Positions 30,599 to 45,898 of a stretch of DNA of 64,000 nt are shown piece after piece. The stretch comes from Schmidtea polychroa (lineage: Eukaryota), in contig CM097885.1 in assembly GCA_044892525.1 (NCBI GenBank), positions 26,848,001 to 26,912,000 of the forward strand, read 5' to 3'. A program made the position numbers and the translations under genes. The stretch's first letter is position 1; each line of letters begins with the position of its first letter. The notes beneath the pieces were generated by a model, which did no database searches, was not told the DNA's origin, and was given only the letters and a program-made list of their open reading frames with translations.

Positions 30599-32091
30599 CA
30601 ATAAAATAAATAGATAAAATATTCTTTTAATTCATAGATGAGTTTCCTGTCGGAACTTTAATAACGTATTATATTAATTTATTGGTGCTTATAATAATAT
30701 CATTTTGGGATTGTCCAATTTAGAAAAGAATTCATTTCTTTAATAATGGCTAAATTATAAAGGAAATATACTGAAAATTGTATATAAACTAAAGGAAGGT
30801 TTGATTTATCAGGTTTGATCTGTGTTTATGATCCAATTTGATCAAAAGTTGATTAACTATTTAAATATCTAATATTATTTATTCGATAAAGAACTATAAT
30901 TATGGTGGTGAGTGACATAAGGCTACTTTATATTTCCTTATATATTCACTGAAAATATTAAATATTTATTACGTTTCCTACCAATATTTCATTATTCCAC
31001 GAGTCTCGCACTTTCTAGAGAATCTAAAGACGATTCCCCCGAAAGGAAAATCAGATCAATTGAGCTGTAATTAATTATCGCTGATTATGAATTTTATTTT
31101 TGTCGCAAATTTTTCTTTTAAATGGCATTTTAGTGAGATAATTTGAAATCCTACGCGCAATTCCTTAAATGACAAATTTGATATTTTGGGCAAAATATTC
31201 GCATTGGTTATGGTGTACGAGTCATTTATTTAAGGCATCTCCTTGCAGACTAGTCATAGAGAATCGCCAGCATTACCTTCTTGTGCTTCGTGTCCATTGT
31301 AGAAAGGAAAATTATAGAAAGAAAAACAATTCCATACAAAAGATGATGAGAATTAAATAAATTTCATTTAAATGTTGAAGCTAACGTGAGAAACCATAAT
31401 TTAATTGCTGTTTAAATATTATTTATAAAAAAGTATTTACCTATTTGGATGCATTCTTGCATTGACTAGAATGCCTTAACAATCTCCTTCCTTTTATTTC
31501 TTTATTTTTTTGTTTTTCTCTATTTCTAATCTATAACTTCTTCGATTCTAATTTCCCGAAAATTCTATGTTTCGTCTTTTGTCCGATTCAATTCATTTTT
31601 CTGCCTTTTATAAATTGTCATTTGATGGCATTTAGAGATTGTCTAATGTTGTTTTCATTTTTGTTTTTTCGAGCAATCTCCGATTTTTTCACTCATTCCT
31701 CTGTTATCTTAGGCAGCTGTCGAGATATGCAATTTTATTTTTATTTCTTATTTTTATTTTTCCGACTTCCCCGGTGGTCCATTCGTTATCTTGGCCAAGA
31801 TAATGTAATTCCATTTTCCAATTTGTTTTTTGTTTTGGTTTTTCCTTTTCTATTTGTACTTGTTAAGTAAGAACAATTTTGTTGTATTTCATTGTTTAAT
31901 TTTATTGATTTTGTTATTTTCTTTATTTCAATTATTTTTCTTACTCTTTAACAGAATTTTGGATCGATACATCCTCCATTTCATACATTACCCTCCCCGA
32001 TTATTTTATTCATTCATTTATTATTTATTAGCTTAGCATTAATTCTATTGATAAAATTGTCTTACACTGTAATTAAAGTTTTATGAAAAGT

Positions 32092-32302
<211 letters not shown>

Positions 32303-33069
32303 GTGATTATTGCTAGTAATGGTAATTAAATTAAATGTAAATTATAAAATTTGAACAAAATTCATTCTAAAAATAAAAATGTAATTATAATATGGATCTG
32401 CCGAAAATTTTTATTGCATTTACAAATCAAAAATTAAATGAGATTTATTTATTTAAATGCAAATTTTTTATTATTTTTTGTAATCGAAATATTATATTAA
32501 ATTTCAAAATTCCACCAAATGAAGAAAAAAGCGAGTTGAAAATAATAAATGAGATTATATTTAATATTGAAATGATTCAGTTGTTTGTTGTTGATAGGAT
32601 TATTATTAATAGCGTGAAGGAATAAGGAGCTAGGAAATCTACGACTACGTGATTGATAGTAGGAGTAGGTAGAAATTATATTTTACATCGGTTACCATAG
32701 AAACAATGTAAACATTTATGAAATTATTTAAATAAATTTACTGCAAGAACATTTCATCAATAACATTGTGAAATATAGAAAGATTTATTATAACCTTCAA
32801 ATAATATCATTTATATAACAGAAAGAAACTATTTAAATTAATTAATTGAAAAAAAGGTATTATATAATAAACATGGTAAACCAGTTCTGTCAAGTTTTAT
32901 TTATTGGAAAATTTCAGAGTAGACATTTCATTGCATTTCATTGTAGCCTTAATGACAATAATTAAGATCTTTTGTAGTAACAATTGAACCAACCGATAAT
33001 AGAAGTCATTTGCAAAATTAGCATTAAATAAGAGCAAATAATATTCAGTCAAATGGCGCACTTTTTATC

Positions 33070-33782
33070 GGTTCACCGACAAAACCGCGCCGACAAAATC
33101 GCGAAGTATGTTTTCCGACAAAATCGCGTTGACAAAATGGCGCCGACAAAATCGCGATAAAAAATACAATATCAATTAATTAAAATCTTGTGTTGTGTTT
33201 TTTACATTTATATTTTAAACGTTTAAAATTTTAATAAATATAGATAACAAATTTAATTATAGGACTAACATTTATTTAGAGCTCAATATTATGTGAGATA
33301 GCACGCAGATACTCTTTAAGATCACGTTCTCCGTATGTAGGAAGGATAGCAGATAAACGTCTTGTTAATCTAACGTATTTAGATTTACTGGCCGCCTGAC
33401 TACTAATAATTCCACTTCGTATACGACTTACAGTTTGTTCAGTAAAGTCTTGTTCACGACGGAAATGATCAATCAATGTGCAAATTGAAGGATGGTGACA
33501 AGCAATAGATGACTGAAATGCGTGATGCCACCCCTCGATTGAGTTATTTGTTCGTGGCAAGTTGTTAACAACACGATCCCGCATATTCCACATGGCTATG
33601 GAAAACAACGGGTTGGCTCTTCCATTGCGTCTCCAACGGCCAATATATGTATCCTCCCAATAATCATAAATACTAATTGTAAATGTAAATCGCAGCGCGA
33701 TTTTGTCGGCGCCATTTTGTCAACGCGATTTTGTCGGAAAACATACTTCGCGATTTTGTCGGCGCGGTTTTATCGGGTCACC
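33070..33782 (-). mobile_element. MULE/Mutator deletion derivative
   Basis: ~87-bp TIRs built from GACAAAATCGCG subrepeats; 9-bp TSD CTTTTTATC; internal WN..LPRTNNSIEGWH..HPSI transposase C-terminus (33276-33608). Confidence 0.88.
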
Positions 33783-34729
33783 CTTTTTATCAACCCCCCC
33801 CCCCTCTAGTACTAGTATGCTTTATTTAAATAATATTTAACATAATTTTGAAATATGATTAATTAACGCTTATTTATTATTTTCATTTATTTTAATTAAT
33901 TAATTAATTTTATTAACTGGGTTAAAATTAATAATTTTTTAATTTTGTTTAATTTTTTTATTAATCATTTTGTTTTGGAATGAAATAAATTTGCTTGTTG
34001 CACATTCAACTTCTGGTAAGGATTAAATCGGTGTTTCCACAATCTGTATTGGAATGTTTTAGCATGAACAGATTTGAAGATCATTTATCACTGAAATTGA
34101 AACATTATTTCTCGTTTGCAGATGTAATAAGAACTTCGATTTAAATTCAGAATGACTTAAGGAATGTAAATCTTATATATTAACTATACTGAATTTTTGC
34201 CGAGGTTAAACTGGATACTTTTGAACTTGCAAACTGATTGATTGATTACATTTTTAACTGCTTTCAGAATCTTTATCGATCGGTGAGTTGAGAACAAATT
34301 CATCTTGAATTTGTTAAACATTTTCCTTTGTTTTATTAACTCTCACACGCTTCAGTTTCTAAAAATTCATTCTATGAATCTCTCGCCAATTTCCTTTTGA
34401 CATTATTGGTTTCTTATCAAATTCTTTAACTTTTTTAACCAATTGTTCTTTCTCTCAAATCAACTTCTTTAATATTATAAGAACTTTTTTTCCAATTTCA
34501 CCACTGATTTCTTTTCCATTGTATTTATTAAAATGCTTGAAGACTATGAATCAGTTTGGTTTTTTCTGTTCTCTAATAACTTAATGTCATTAATAGAAAA
34601 GAGGTAATTCCACAATTTTTTCTATTTGAATATGTTTCGACAAAAGAATTACAGACATTTCACATTGCTTTGTTTTTATCCAAGTTAAATTGTGGATAAT
34701 TTAACTTGACAAGAGGTCAGGCATCAGTA

Positions 34730-35660
34730 GAAAAGCTCAGCCACTATCATTTTTGAGATTCATCAAAGATGAAAATTTGTAAACAATTATTTTTTCTGTT
34801 GCGAATAGCATTAAAACCCTGTCGAGGAAAATAGATTTAAATTGATTGATGGCAAAGTCAGAAATTTTGGCTCAAGTAGAAAACTTGTGTGAGTTGCTGT
34901 ACGGATCGAGTACAATCAATGCAAGGTCAAAAAAAGGATTTGTGACTCATACCTCTAGAAAATGAAAATTTAAAAATATTTTACTATATCATAGAGAAGT
35001 CCTCGAAAGCTCTTTCACCTGATATTCCCACTACCCTTGATGAAGTAGTCAATATTTTCAATTACATAAAAACAAATCCTCGGCAATTCCCTATATTTAC
35101 TGTCTTATGTGAAGTCATGGATTCAGATTACAAATTGCTTATCTGTGACACTGAAGTTCGCTGGCTTTCGAAATCTTCACCGCTATGTATTTTTAAAAGT
35201 CGAGATTCTTCCATATTTTAATATAGAATATACGAATTTCCCGTTTCTTTGCAACAACATTTAGTGGTTAAAAGTCTTTTTTTTGAGTGATGTGTTCGAC
35301 AAGCTAGATGTTGTCAAGTTTGTAGGGAGCTCATGAAAATGTCACCATACTCACTGGCATGTTGAAATCGTTTCATGAGAAGGTTATAATTTGAAGAGTG
35401 CGAATAAGGAACTCATAATTCGATTCCTTCCTGACTGTCGATGCCAATATTCTCATATTGAAAATCAAAAGGAAAATCAAACGAACTTTGGAAAGTCTCT
35501 CAGAGTCTTCTGAAATATTTTCCAAACCTGAGTGTTTCAATGCAGGTGGAAATTCAATCAAAAAGACAAATTATTGATGAGGAAGAACGAGTTTGTTTGT
35601 TTGATATTAAGCCTCATATAAAGTTGTTTGCAACAAGTAAAAAGTCTCAGGTCCCGCATT
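34730..35660 (+). pseudogene. hAT (Buster/Charlie-like) transposase remnant
   Basis: Decayed frames with DEVVNIFNYIK and DTEVRWLS motifs; boundaries approximate. Confidence 0.55.
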
Positions 35661-36361
35661 AAAAATAAGTTCTTTTCATATTTTATCTTTTTGTAGTTAT
35701 ATTTGGAAAACATAAATGAAATGATATTTTCCTAAATAAATTTGTCTTTCAGTTGTATATAGGGAAGGATGTCGAGGAGGAAAAAATTGTTTTATTGTAC
35801 CCTTCCGAAAAAGGTTGTTTGGCGATGCAATAGATAATTTTCAATTGCTAGTCTTACCAAATCTATCTTTTAAAGCCTTGACCCCTCTTTTACTAAAATT
35901 CTGTCAGGTCTTTTAGTTCATAAATAGTTAAATTCCATTACATGATGAATTTTCGAGAAATATTTTCTCTGTTGCACCACCTTTTAAATATTCAACTTAA
36001 AATAGCGATGAATGATGATCAAATTGATTTTGAAAAAATAGCCAATAATATTAATGAATGATTTTAATAAAAAATTTGAATTTTTTAAATTGTCACTATT
36101 TATTTAAGAAAATTTTTTTTGGCACTTGTTGAAAATATTGTGGCAATCACTGGTATAGAGTTATTTAGAGAATCGCTAGCATTACCTTATTGTGCTTCGT
36201 GTCCATTGTAGAAAGGAAATTAGATAATGAAAAACAATTCCATACAAAAGATACTGAGAATTAAATAATTTTCATTTAAATTTTGAAGCTAATGTGAGAA
36301 ACAATAATTTAATTGCTATTTAAATATTATTTATAAACTTATTATGTGATATTTAATTTAG

Positions 36362-36451
36362 TGATGGGAATCGTGATCATTCTTACTGCCGCTCCGGTCT
36401 ATTGGATATTTGTTTTGTGGAAAAAACCGAAATCATTCCAAGATAAATTAG
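36362..36451 (+). CDS. SLC7 transporter exon
   Basis: TAG/GT bounded, phase 1; LMGIVIILTAAPVYWIFVLWKKPK (TM12). Confidence 0.88.
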
Positions 36452-39400
36452 GTAATTTAATTATTGGAATGTCTCTAATTTTCAATGCAAAATTTTGATA
36501 AGGATACTATTTTTCAGTGTTTTTTATATTAGTAATTTAGTTGATTTATTTTAATTCAATGAGCACTTTTAAAATTTTAGTGGCGTATATTAGCTACGCT
36601 CCGTTTCATCTAATTGACATGCAGAATTACAAATTATTCTAAAATTTGTCCAAAATATTCTCCTTTCAATTATGTTATTTAAACAAATCTGCACGAGGTC
36701 ATTCTTGTAAGAATTCAACAAATACCATTTACCGTTAGTGTAAAGTGAGTGTGGTCGAACGAGAGTTGAAAATGTGTAAAGGAAAACTAAGAGTTAGTGA
36801 AGACTATATGGGTGAAGTAGTGAATATGAGAGTGGGTGAGAGTGAACATAAATGGAATTTTATATTATCCCAACTTTATGTAAACTATTTATTTCATTAA
36901 TAAAATAATAATTATTACGATTTTCACATCTAAATCGTAGAAACAATAAAAGTCCTTTCAAGACAAAAGAAAAAGATGAAGTGAATGTATTTAATATTGT
37001 CAGTCCTAATGAGAGGTGACAACATGCTTGTGTCTAAAATTCGTTCTTACCTATAATGTCGTCTATCCCACCTCAGAGTGATGTGAAAAGGACCAGGGCA
37101 CCACAGTACTCAATAAGATTATCTTTGATAGTTTTGATAGTTTTATTTTGTTTTGCTGTTTATTATTATTATTAGTATTTTTATTACTAATAGTATTACT
37201 TTTTAATACTGTTGAGTTATTTAACAAAGTCAGTTAGTTTCTGACTCCTCGTGCCGTTTATTGCTGCAATCGAATAACTAAAACCCAGGACAGAACACTT
37301 TAATCAATTTTGATCAAAATTACAGCTTCTCTCGAAATAATCTATAAGTAGGTTGCCCAATGAGCAATCACCTTTTCTGTTAAGATAATTTGTAATTTTC
37401 TTTAATTTCACTGAGATCTTATATTTTGTTTCTCTCGATTCGGTGTACAACCATACCCATTACTCCTGATCAATATTATTTTTTAAATTTTATAAGTTTT
37501 TAATTAATTTTTGCACTTTTCTCATTTCGACATTTTTGTTGATTTTATTTGTTTTTCCATTTTAATTTTGTGCATTTCTACATTATCTTAACAATAGCCT
37601 TAAATGTTGAACCTTGATTGACTTTTTAAATTTTTAACAAACTTTTTGGACCCTTAAAAATCCTAAATCGGCCTTGCCTTTAAAATTTGTTCTTAATATG
37701 ATATTAAACCGACATTTTCAATTATTAAATGGCCCAAAGTCAACCTCAATTACCCTAAAAATGCTCTTTGTTTTCTGAAATTATTTTATAATATAAATAA
37801 ATTAGCTATAGTTAAGAAACAAGATTAGATTTTGGTAATTCAGAATATCATATTTTTTTAATACTTTTATAAGAACTTCTTTCGATTTTCACCTCTAATT
37901 TATTTTTCAATTGACATTGTATTTATTAAAAAATTGGTCAAAATCACTTGAAAAGGGCAGTGTCGAAAATTCGTGAATACCCAAAAAACATCGATATCTT
38001 TATTGGTCAAGCATTTTAATAAATACAATTTTTTAATACTATTAAATACTTTTTCTTGGTTTTATTTTTATTTATGTACTTAATTCAATCCGATTTTAAA
38101 TACAGTTAGGTTTTGATGTCAAAATCGTCACTCGATAAACTCAATATTAAATAGACTTGCTTAAATGAACGGTAATCTGTCCGTGCTAATACAGAAACTG
38201 CCTTATACTATTCGCGAATTGTCAATGAGGTCATCTATATGAGTTTCTGTCGAGAGTTCAAGTCATTCCATATTTTACTTGCTAGTCACCCATAGCCAAC
38301 TGGACATTAGGTATACAAGCTCTTAATCTCTTATTCATAAAATTCTACAGAATTTAATGTAAAGTTTACCTATGCACCATACGTCGTTTAAATAAAAGTT
38401 GCTTGTCACACACGAGCCTAAGTGTTGTAAATACGAAATCTTTTTCTTTTCCAGTTTCTATATTTACCTTTATCGCCATTAATTCGTATTTGTTTAATTT
38501 ATGTTATTTGTCGATGCTAAGTCTATGTTTGTTTTGTGCCGTACTTCTTGCTTTTGTTATTATTTTATTTTCGTGTAATATCATTTATGTGATCTCTCTT
38601 TTATGATGTTTACTTTATGTTTTCATTTGTTTTGATTTTTACTCCACTTAAGCCTAAGTCTGCGTGCTATTTTTATGCATTTCGATCGCAAACCCACGTT
38701 TATCTGGGCAACAAATCAGTTTTTGCCTAACTATATATATATATATATATAAGCGCGATGCCATCTGATGTTCACCCCCTTGCCAACGCCTTTGTTTGGT
38801 CCTGTATATGAAATAATCTTTGACATTTTTTATTAAACTGAATTAGCCTTTCATAACAGAATCCTTATCTTCATTTGAATATATTGGAAAGGTTCCCAGT
38901 ACTTTTTGAATTTCAATAAAAAGCGAATATACTAAGTTATTTAAAAGAGTAATAAACATTTATTGCAATTTTTACTTTGTACTTATGCGAGTTCAGATTT
39001 TCAACTCCTGTTAATATGAAAAATAATGAACAATCGAAATTGAAAAATCTCTCCAACGAACTAATTTCTGTCTGAAATAAGGCCAGGCATAGAAAAAGAG
39101 CAAAACATCATCAATTGCATAATTACCAACATTTATCATTCCATTATAAGAATTCTCCATCTGTATCAAATATTAGTATAATTAAAAGTGTTGAAATAAT
39201 CGCTCGTATTTATTTATTCGAAAATTTAATTTTCTACTACTTTTCATTGGTGCCAGAAATAATTTTTCGGAATATGTAAAAAGATTGAGAAAGATTGTTA
39301 TAAATTAATTTATTAATATCTCTAATTAATTATGATGCATACTATAATGCATAGCATAAGACTCAGTGTGTGCGTGTGCGTGTGTGTGTGGGGGCGTTTT

Positions 39401-39899
39401 AGAAGATTCGACTCTTAGACAAATGCAATCAATGTTTGTCTGTAGGAATAAATAGCAAGTCCTTAAACGATTTAATAAAGGAATTAAAAAGATATATTTG
39501 ATTACATTTTTTTAATGTTTTTTTCTCTAAATTATTGATTTTATATTAAATTAAATCACCAGAAATTTACAACAAATTTATAGAAAAATATTTTATTTGC
39601 TGATTATTTTTTGAGGAAATAAATGTTTCGTTACAGGGAATTTTGTGAAATTTCAGATTAAAAAATTTTGAATTTATTCAATTTATTTTTAACTGTTAAT
39701 TTTGGGACTCTTAAATTGCATATTTATTGCTGACTATTATATTATACAGTTTTTGGGTTTATAGAGATTCTGGTAACAGTGCCTGTTTTTACATAGCTTT
39801 TACATCACCCCGGACAAACAAGTATATATCTGTATTTTAAATAAAAGTCAAACGCTTTTAAATTATAATAAAAGATAGATATAACATAAAATTTGCAAT

Positions 39900-41830
39900 C
39901 AAGTAGTACAAAACACGCGTGCTAGTGCAACGTAAGAAGGTATTAATTAATTTTAATTTAGAAAAACTCCTAAAGTTTGAGGCAATATTTAACAATGTTA
40001 TTAATTTAAGTACATTGCTTAGGCTTTCTTTTTACCCATAAGTGCATAAATCACATAGATTTCCTATGGTAATTCTACCCCATTTATGTCAACAGAATTG
40101 TCATCAATTTAAACCATTTCTAAATCCTTGTCGTATTTCTTTAGACATGGTTCTTAAATCGTATATATTATGTAAAAATTGAAAATAGTTATTATGATGA
40201 CTAAGTTGTTCGAATCTTGTATCAAGTGCGTTTAGTGTTTTATCAATTGTAAAATAAAAAAAGTCTATCTTATATTTTTTTGGAATCTTTGATCGGTTCA
40301 TCTCGTGCTTCGTATGAGAAGTTGGTTTACGTTCTTCTTACGACAATCAACGTCAATTTCGTCAGCTAATTCAATAAACCTGAGACTTCGTCTCTTATTA
40401 AATTATCAATTTCTTGTTTTACATAAATGCATACCAAAGTGTCGTATACATCTCCCATATGAAATCTTAAAGGCTTTTAGGCGTCTATCCTACTCTCCCA
40501 TCTAGTGTCACTCAAGAGTTTCAAAGTTAATTTTTGGATATATTCTAAAAGTATTGCCCATCAAAAAGTAGAAGCTGAAAAAATATATATATTTTTGTTG
40601 AGGTCTGTAAATTAAAATTAAAAATTTAAATAAAATTTAGGATAATAATTCAAATGGAAAGTAAGCGAGGAAAAATGGCAAATAAAAGCGGGATCGTGCA
40701 CAGAATTAATAGTAAAGGAAAGTGCGATGGAAACAGTATTAGAAAATGCAAAAAGCAATTACGAAAGGCGAGAATCCGGAAATCCGAGAAAAATCAATAA
40801 ATGGAAAAATCATCGAAATCGAATGGGAAAAACGGGACAGGTATAGATAAGCTAATGGTCAACAAGATGATGGTTAGGGATTTATCAGAAAAGGGTTAGG
40901 AAGGGTCGAAAAACATTCAAACGTATGAAAACAGAAAACGTTAATTAATTAATTAATTGGCTAATGGAAAACCCGAGCCAATGGAGAACCCGAGAGATAA
41001 AGGAAACCCGAGCTGGGTAAACAAGAAGAAAGGCAAACAAAAGGAAGTTTTGGGCCCATTAGCTTGATACGATGATTAATGGGAAAAGAGTAAGAAGATA
41101 GCGCGCGTAGGAAGACCGGTAGGGTCATTAATTATCTGGATTCGTTGGACCATTATGGATGACAGCCGAAGCAAACACGTAGGAGAAAATGTCAAACGAA
41201 AGATTGGCTCGGCAATAACCATTTGTCATCCTGATTTCGAGGAGTATATAAGCAAAGGGAAAATCAGAGAAAATCGGCATTCTGCCTCAGCTAGGGTTCG
41301 AAGAATTAGACGGTAGGAAAAGTGGTAAACGAATTAGGGAAGTAGGGAAAAGAAGAAATAGAATTAAGAATACGGAAAGGCGAAAAGGGATCAAACCAAA
41401 CCGAAACCGAGGAAAACGAGAGTCAACAGAACTAAAGGATCAAAAGGTGAATATTGTTTGTTTGCAAAGCATCAACGCCGAGCAGAGAATCGCATAAAAC
41501 TTTGATTGGTAATTGTAGCGTGATAATAAATTGTGATCCTGTTGTTTTAATATACGTTGGGTCGTTCATTGTTTTGATTTAAAGAACACAGGAGTCAGAG
41601 AGAACCGACTTGAAATAATCCAAAACCCAACATTTTTAGACCATATTGAAGAAATTAGTGGCTTCCAAAACCTGCTTTTATCATTAACTATTCGATTGAG
41701 ATAGTAGCTATTACACAGAAAGTAGAATCCTCATGGATTTAAATTTTTAATTCTAGATTGCAGTTTTGCTTATCGTCGCTCATATTGGATCAGTTGTAAA
41801 ATCCCTGCCAACTAATATTCTGCAAATTTA
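39900..41830 (-). pseudogene. hAT (ZMYM1-like) transposase remnant interrupted by a solo LTR
   Basis: LNRIVND..ATNFFNMV / IYIFFSAST continues across the LTR; KIDFFYFTIDKTLNALDTRFEQL downstream. Confidence 0.6.
40596..41632 (+). mobile_element. Solo LTR (~1.04 kb)
   Basis: TGTTG...CAACA ends flanked by TTTT; internal TATATAA and AATAAA; interrupts the hAT frame; related inverted partial copy at 43011-43495. Confidence 0.65.
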
Positions 41831-41974
41831 AACCCAAATTATTACGATTTCCAATTAAAATTTCAGGCATTTGTTTCTCTGTTGACCATTCAACTGGAAG
41901 GAAGCCCTAAAAACTGTTGTTGTGGTTGGGGCAGTCCGATCTGGTAATTTGGCAATAGAATTTTCAGTAAGAGC

Positions 41975-42178
41975 ATCGTCTAGATAACCGCCTTTCATAT
42001 CATGACATAAGAGAACTTTATTGCGTTGCGAATTATGATTTTCGACAACTTTCATTCCATTCATTTCTTGGAATATTGGTTTCTGGTAATCAAATATACA
42101 TTTGTTGCTAGTATTAACTGGCTTCCAATTAATTAATTCCTTATATGTATATAATGGTCGCATTTTTCTACAAATTGG
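41975..42178 (-). pseudogene. Fragment of cytosolic endo-beta-N-acetylglucosaminidase (GH85, ENGase-like)
   Basis: PLYTYKELINWKP and KVLLCHDMKGGYLDD match the ENGase N-terminal catalytic region; preceded by a TTTATCAG acceptor; truncated. Confidence 0.75.
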
Positions 42179-42296
42179 CTGATAAAATTGAAAACTTATA
42201 AAATAAATCATAAAGAGTTAATGTCAGCTTTTATTTAAATTACAAAAATTTTTTATTTGAATTACAAAGTTTTCATATATAAGTAAAACAAAAATA

Positions 42297-42551
42297 TATC
42301 TTCAATTTTGCATTATTCATTAAATTAGAATTTTGAATGTGTTTGGCTAATTTTATTTGATTTTCTTTCTTTTTGTAATATTCTTCTATTTTAGTACGTT
42401 GTTCTTGAACAATTTTATTTTTCTCAATTTGAAATTCTTCCTCTGTTTTGGCTTCAATTTCTTCGACTTTTTCATTTGCTTCCAAATCTATAAGAGCAGT
42501 CATGTTTTCAATCTGCTTTTGAACTTAATTTTCATTAACTAGGGTGGACAT
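42297..42551 (-). pseudogene. N-terminal fragment of V-type ATPase subunit E with an in-frame stop
   Basis: [66 protein letters not shown] aligns with the V-ATPase E N-terminus. Confidence 0.85.
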
Positions 42552-43010
42552 AGAAAATATTTAATTTATTATTCCTTATTCGTTGGTGACCGCGCATTTA
42601 TATATAATATAATATAATATTATATTAAATATAATATAGTATAATAGGTATATAGATATTGTTAAGGCCGTGTAACGGCTCACTACAACTGTCACTAATT
42701 TTTATTTCAACCTCAATGGAATCAGATGCATTGATTGAAACATGTTTGTTTTTTTGGATTTCCTTTTCCAGCTCTCGTTTTTTATATTGGTAACCAGTAG
42801 GGATTGTAAATTTACCGATATTTTCATTTACCGGGAAATCGGTAAATGAAAATAAAATTATCGGAAAATTTTTTTTACTAAAAGATAAAATAAAGTTGAC
42901 AAAAAAACAAGTTTAAATTTCCATTTCACGATTTCTATTTCAAAAATATAAAATATGAAAAATATAAAGATTAATGTATTATTATAAATCTAAACAAACT
43001 ATAATAATAT

Positions 43011-43495
43011 TGTTGGGTTTTATTAATTCAAGTGAGTAACCTCTGACTCCACGTGTCCTTTTAATCGCAAATAACAAATCAATAAACTACCCAACGTATA
43101 TTTCAATAACAAATCTCCAACGATACAATCAACGACAGAGTTTTACCAGTTTAATCGGTTCTCCACTCGGCGCTGATGCTTTGTCAAAATCTTTATCAAT
43201 ATTCACCTTTTAATCGAACTTTTCCCATTTGATCTGGTCCGCTTCCAAATCATTTTTCTTCTCACGTCTCTATTATTTCCTAACTCTATCCGTTCGTTTC
43301 CCTAACTTCCTGATTACACTAAGCTCAGTTTCTTCTTGTCCCTAGCTGAGGCAAAATGCCGGTTTGCTCTGATTTTCCCATTCCTTATATACTATTCGAA
43401 ATTGGGATGACAAATGGTTATTGCCGAGCCCATCTCTCTCTTGACATTCGACTGTACATATCTGCTTCAACTGTCACCCAGAATGGTCCAGAATG
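43011..43495 (-). mobile_element. Partial LTR of the same family as 40596-41632
   Basis: Starts TGTTGGGTTTT; reverse complement matches 41150-41300 and the 41590-41632 end. Confidence 0.6.
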
Positions 43496-43846
43496 TGTAA
43501 CGAAACTACCTTTATATAATTAAAAGTTATAAGCAAGCGAGTTCATGAATAAACAAGTCAAATAACTCATTCGGAACAATCGTCTGCTTGTACAGAAGCT
43601 AGTGAGCGACACGCGAGGGCGTAACATTATTACTTATTCTTGTTTAAACAAGTTGTCGCGGCCCTCTGTATGCTGATCCATACGGTACTTGTCGGTACTT
43701 AAATTCCTAGCCTTTTTTGTTATTTAATTAAACATGCCGGTTTTTTATGGTTTTTCTTCAGAAATACAAGGATTTCAAATATCATTTTAGCTTTTAACAC
43801 TAGATTTACGAACTGAGCCAATTTGACTCATTTAAAATTCTATTGC

Positions 43847-43997
<151 letters not shown>

Positions 43998-45573
43998 CTG
44001 ATTTATTATTTTTTGAATCTATATGTTGGTTTTAAGATACGTCATGAAATATAGGTAAATATTAATTACTTTCCTCTACCCACTCCCTCATTTCGCATAT
44101 CGAATTAAGTTTTACGGCTATGTTTAACCGCAAATCTGGTGTTAAGCAACAGTAAATATAAAATGTAACTTTAGACAAGAAAAAAGTATAAATTTCGATT
44201 AATTGGGTATTTAACCTATCAATATTTTGTCACACTAACGAACAAATTACTACCCGGACAAAATGATAATATTACATAAATATTTTTATCGTATGTCTAT
44301 GAATTTCACGAACGAATATTCAAATTCTGGGCAACTGATTTTGAAATAAATTTCTCTCAACGAACCTGGTTGGTCCTCAACGCCTCATTAATTTGTCTTT
44401 GGCCAAAAATGCCCCGTTTATATTATTTTATACTTTCATTGAATTTACATTAAATAAAGATGAATTGTCAAACAGAAGTTAATGGCTTGTAGTAAATGAC
44501 ATAATTATGATTATTTAGAGAAAAGTGCAGTTAAGTGAATGAATGGAACGAAAATGTAGTCTGTATATATTTAATAATATATACATATTTTAATAAAAGT
44601 ACAAAAAGAGACGACTTTGAATCCTTTTGCGCCGCCACCGGTATTTATATTTTTATCTCTATACTATTGCGTTTTCCCAGACTTGACGCGATTAATCAAA
44701 ATTTATGAATTTTATTTTAAAACTTCAAAGTTATTGCATTTGTAAATAGTTTTTACCTTCAAAAATTCGTCAAATTTTGCTCACTATTTTATTCCACCAT
44801 TCTAATTGAAACACAATTTACACACGAAAGTGTCATATAAACAATTTATAACGGCATTTAGCTGTCGATCTTGATTTCTTAAGGTACCCAACTTTCTACA
44901 GGTCTGTGAAAAATTCGAGTTATTTTATGTTTATAATGATAGATTTGTGTGATTGATGCATCCGTTAGCGGACAGCTCAGTAATTTGATTTGTTTATCAC
45001 AGCGAAGGATCGATAGATTTTATTGCATTCTGATTGGTTAATTTTATGGAAAAATAATCAATTTTAGAACATTTATTATAGAAAAATAATAATGAAAATT
45101 AATATTATGAAAATATTATCAAATATAGGTACTTTTTTATATTGATTCTCTAAATCTATAAAGTTATTAAGTTCTTCAAAAGTTGTATTTTTCAAATAGG
45201 GTCTTACTTTTATTTTAAGGAAATTTTTTTAACTGTTCTAGACCAGGAAATTTAGTTGCTAGGTTATTGCTAGGTTGGACATCCTTTCATCTCTCCCTCA
45301 CATATTGATATACTGACGGGAATATTTAACAAAACACGAATTGCAATACTTGTACTAAGACAAAGTTCCAAGCAATGATTGTGTAATAAATATTGAAGAT
45401 TGGGAATTTATAACAATGTGAAGAATGGCGTTAAAATTTGTAGAGTGATAGCAACCTTCAGGATCTTCAATAGGTTCATATTATAGTTTATAGTTAAATA
45501 ATCTCCTTTTCTGATGAATTCTTTAACCCTTTTACAACTGCTTTCAACGCTTTTAAACTGGGACTGAAACATA

Positions 45574-45898
45574 CAGGGCTGTCTCGAGGTCGCTTAACTC
45601 CCTTGGCATAGAAGTAATATAGAGCACCCTATTTGAACTGTCTATATTCTCATATATAACAAGATATACGAGTATACCTAAATCATCAAATGAAAAGAAA
45701 TAAATATAATGATTTTGTAATGAATTTAATATTAAAAAAAAAATTTAGAAAGCAAAACATAAAATCTATAAAATACAATACTTCAAAAAAATTATTCTGT
45801 AACTATTTTTTTCCGAATATTAAGCGCAACGCGAGTGCTAGTAACACTTTAGCGCCCCTGGAAAATGCCGATTTCTCCATAAGGAAGAGCCGACCCTG
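45574..45898. mobile_element. hAT-type MITE
   Basis: CAGGG...CCCTG ends; decayed 8-bp flanks GAAACATA / AGGACATA; homologous to 8282-8790. Confidence 0.65.

Noticed and set aside
33070..33156. GACAAAATCGCG repeat cluster as a regulatory array or CRISPR
   Set aside because: It is the subrepeat structure of a MULE TIR, mirrored at 33697-33782
41855..42503. Functional nested ENGase or V-ATPase E genes
   Set aside because: Both are truncated, V-ATPase E has an in-frame TAA, and no further exons were found in the window
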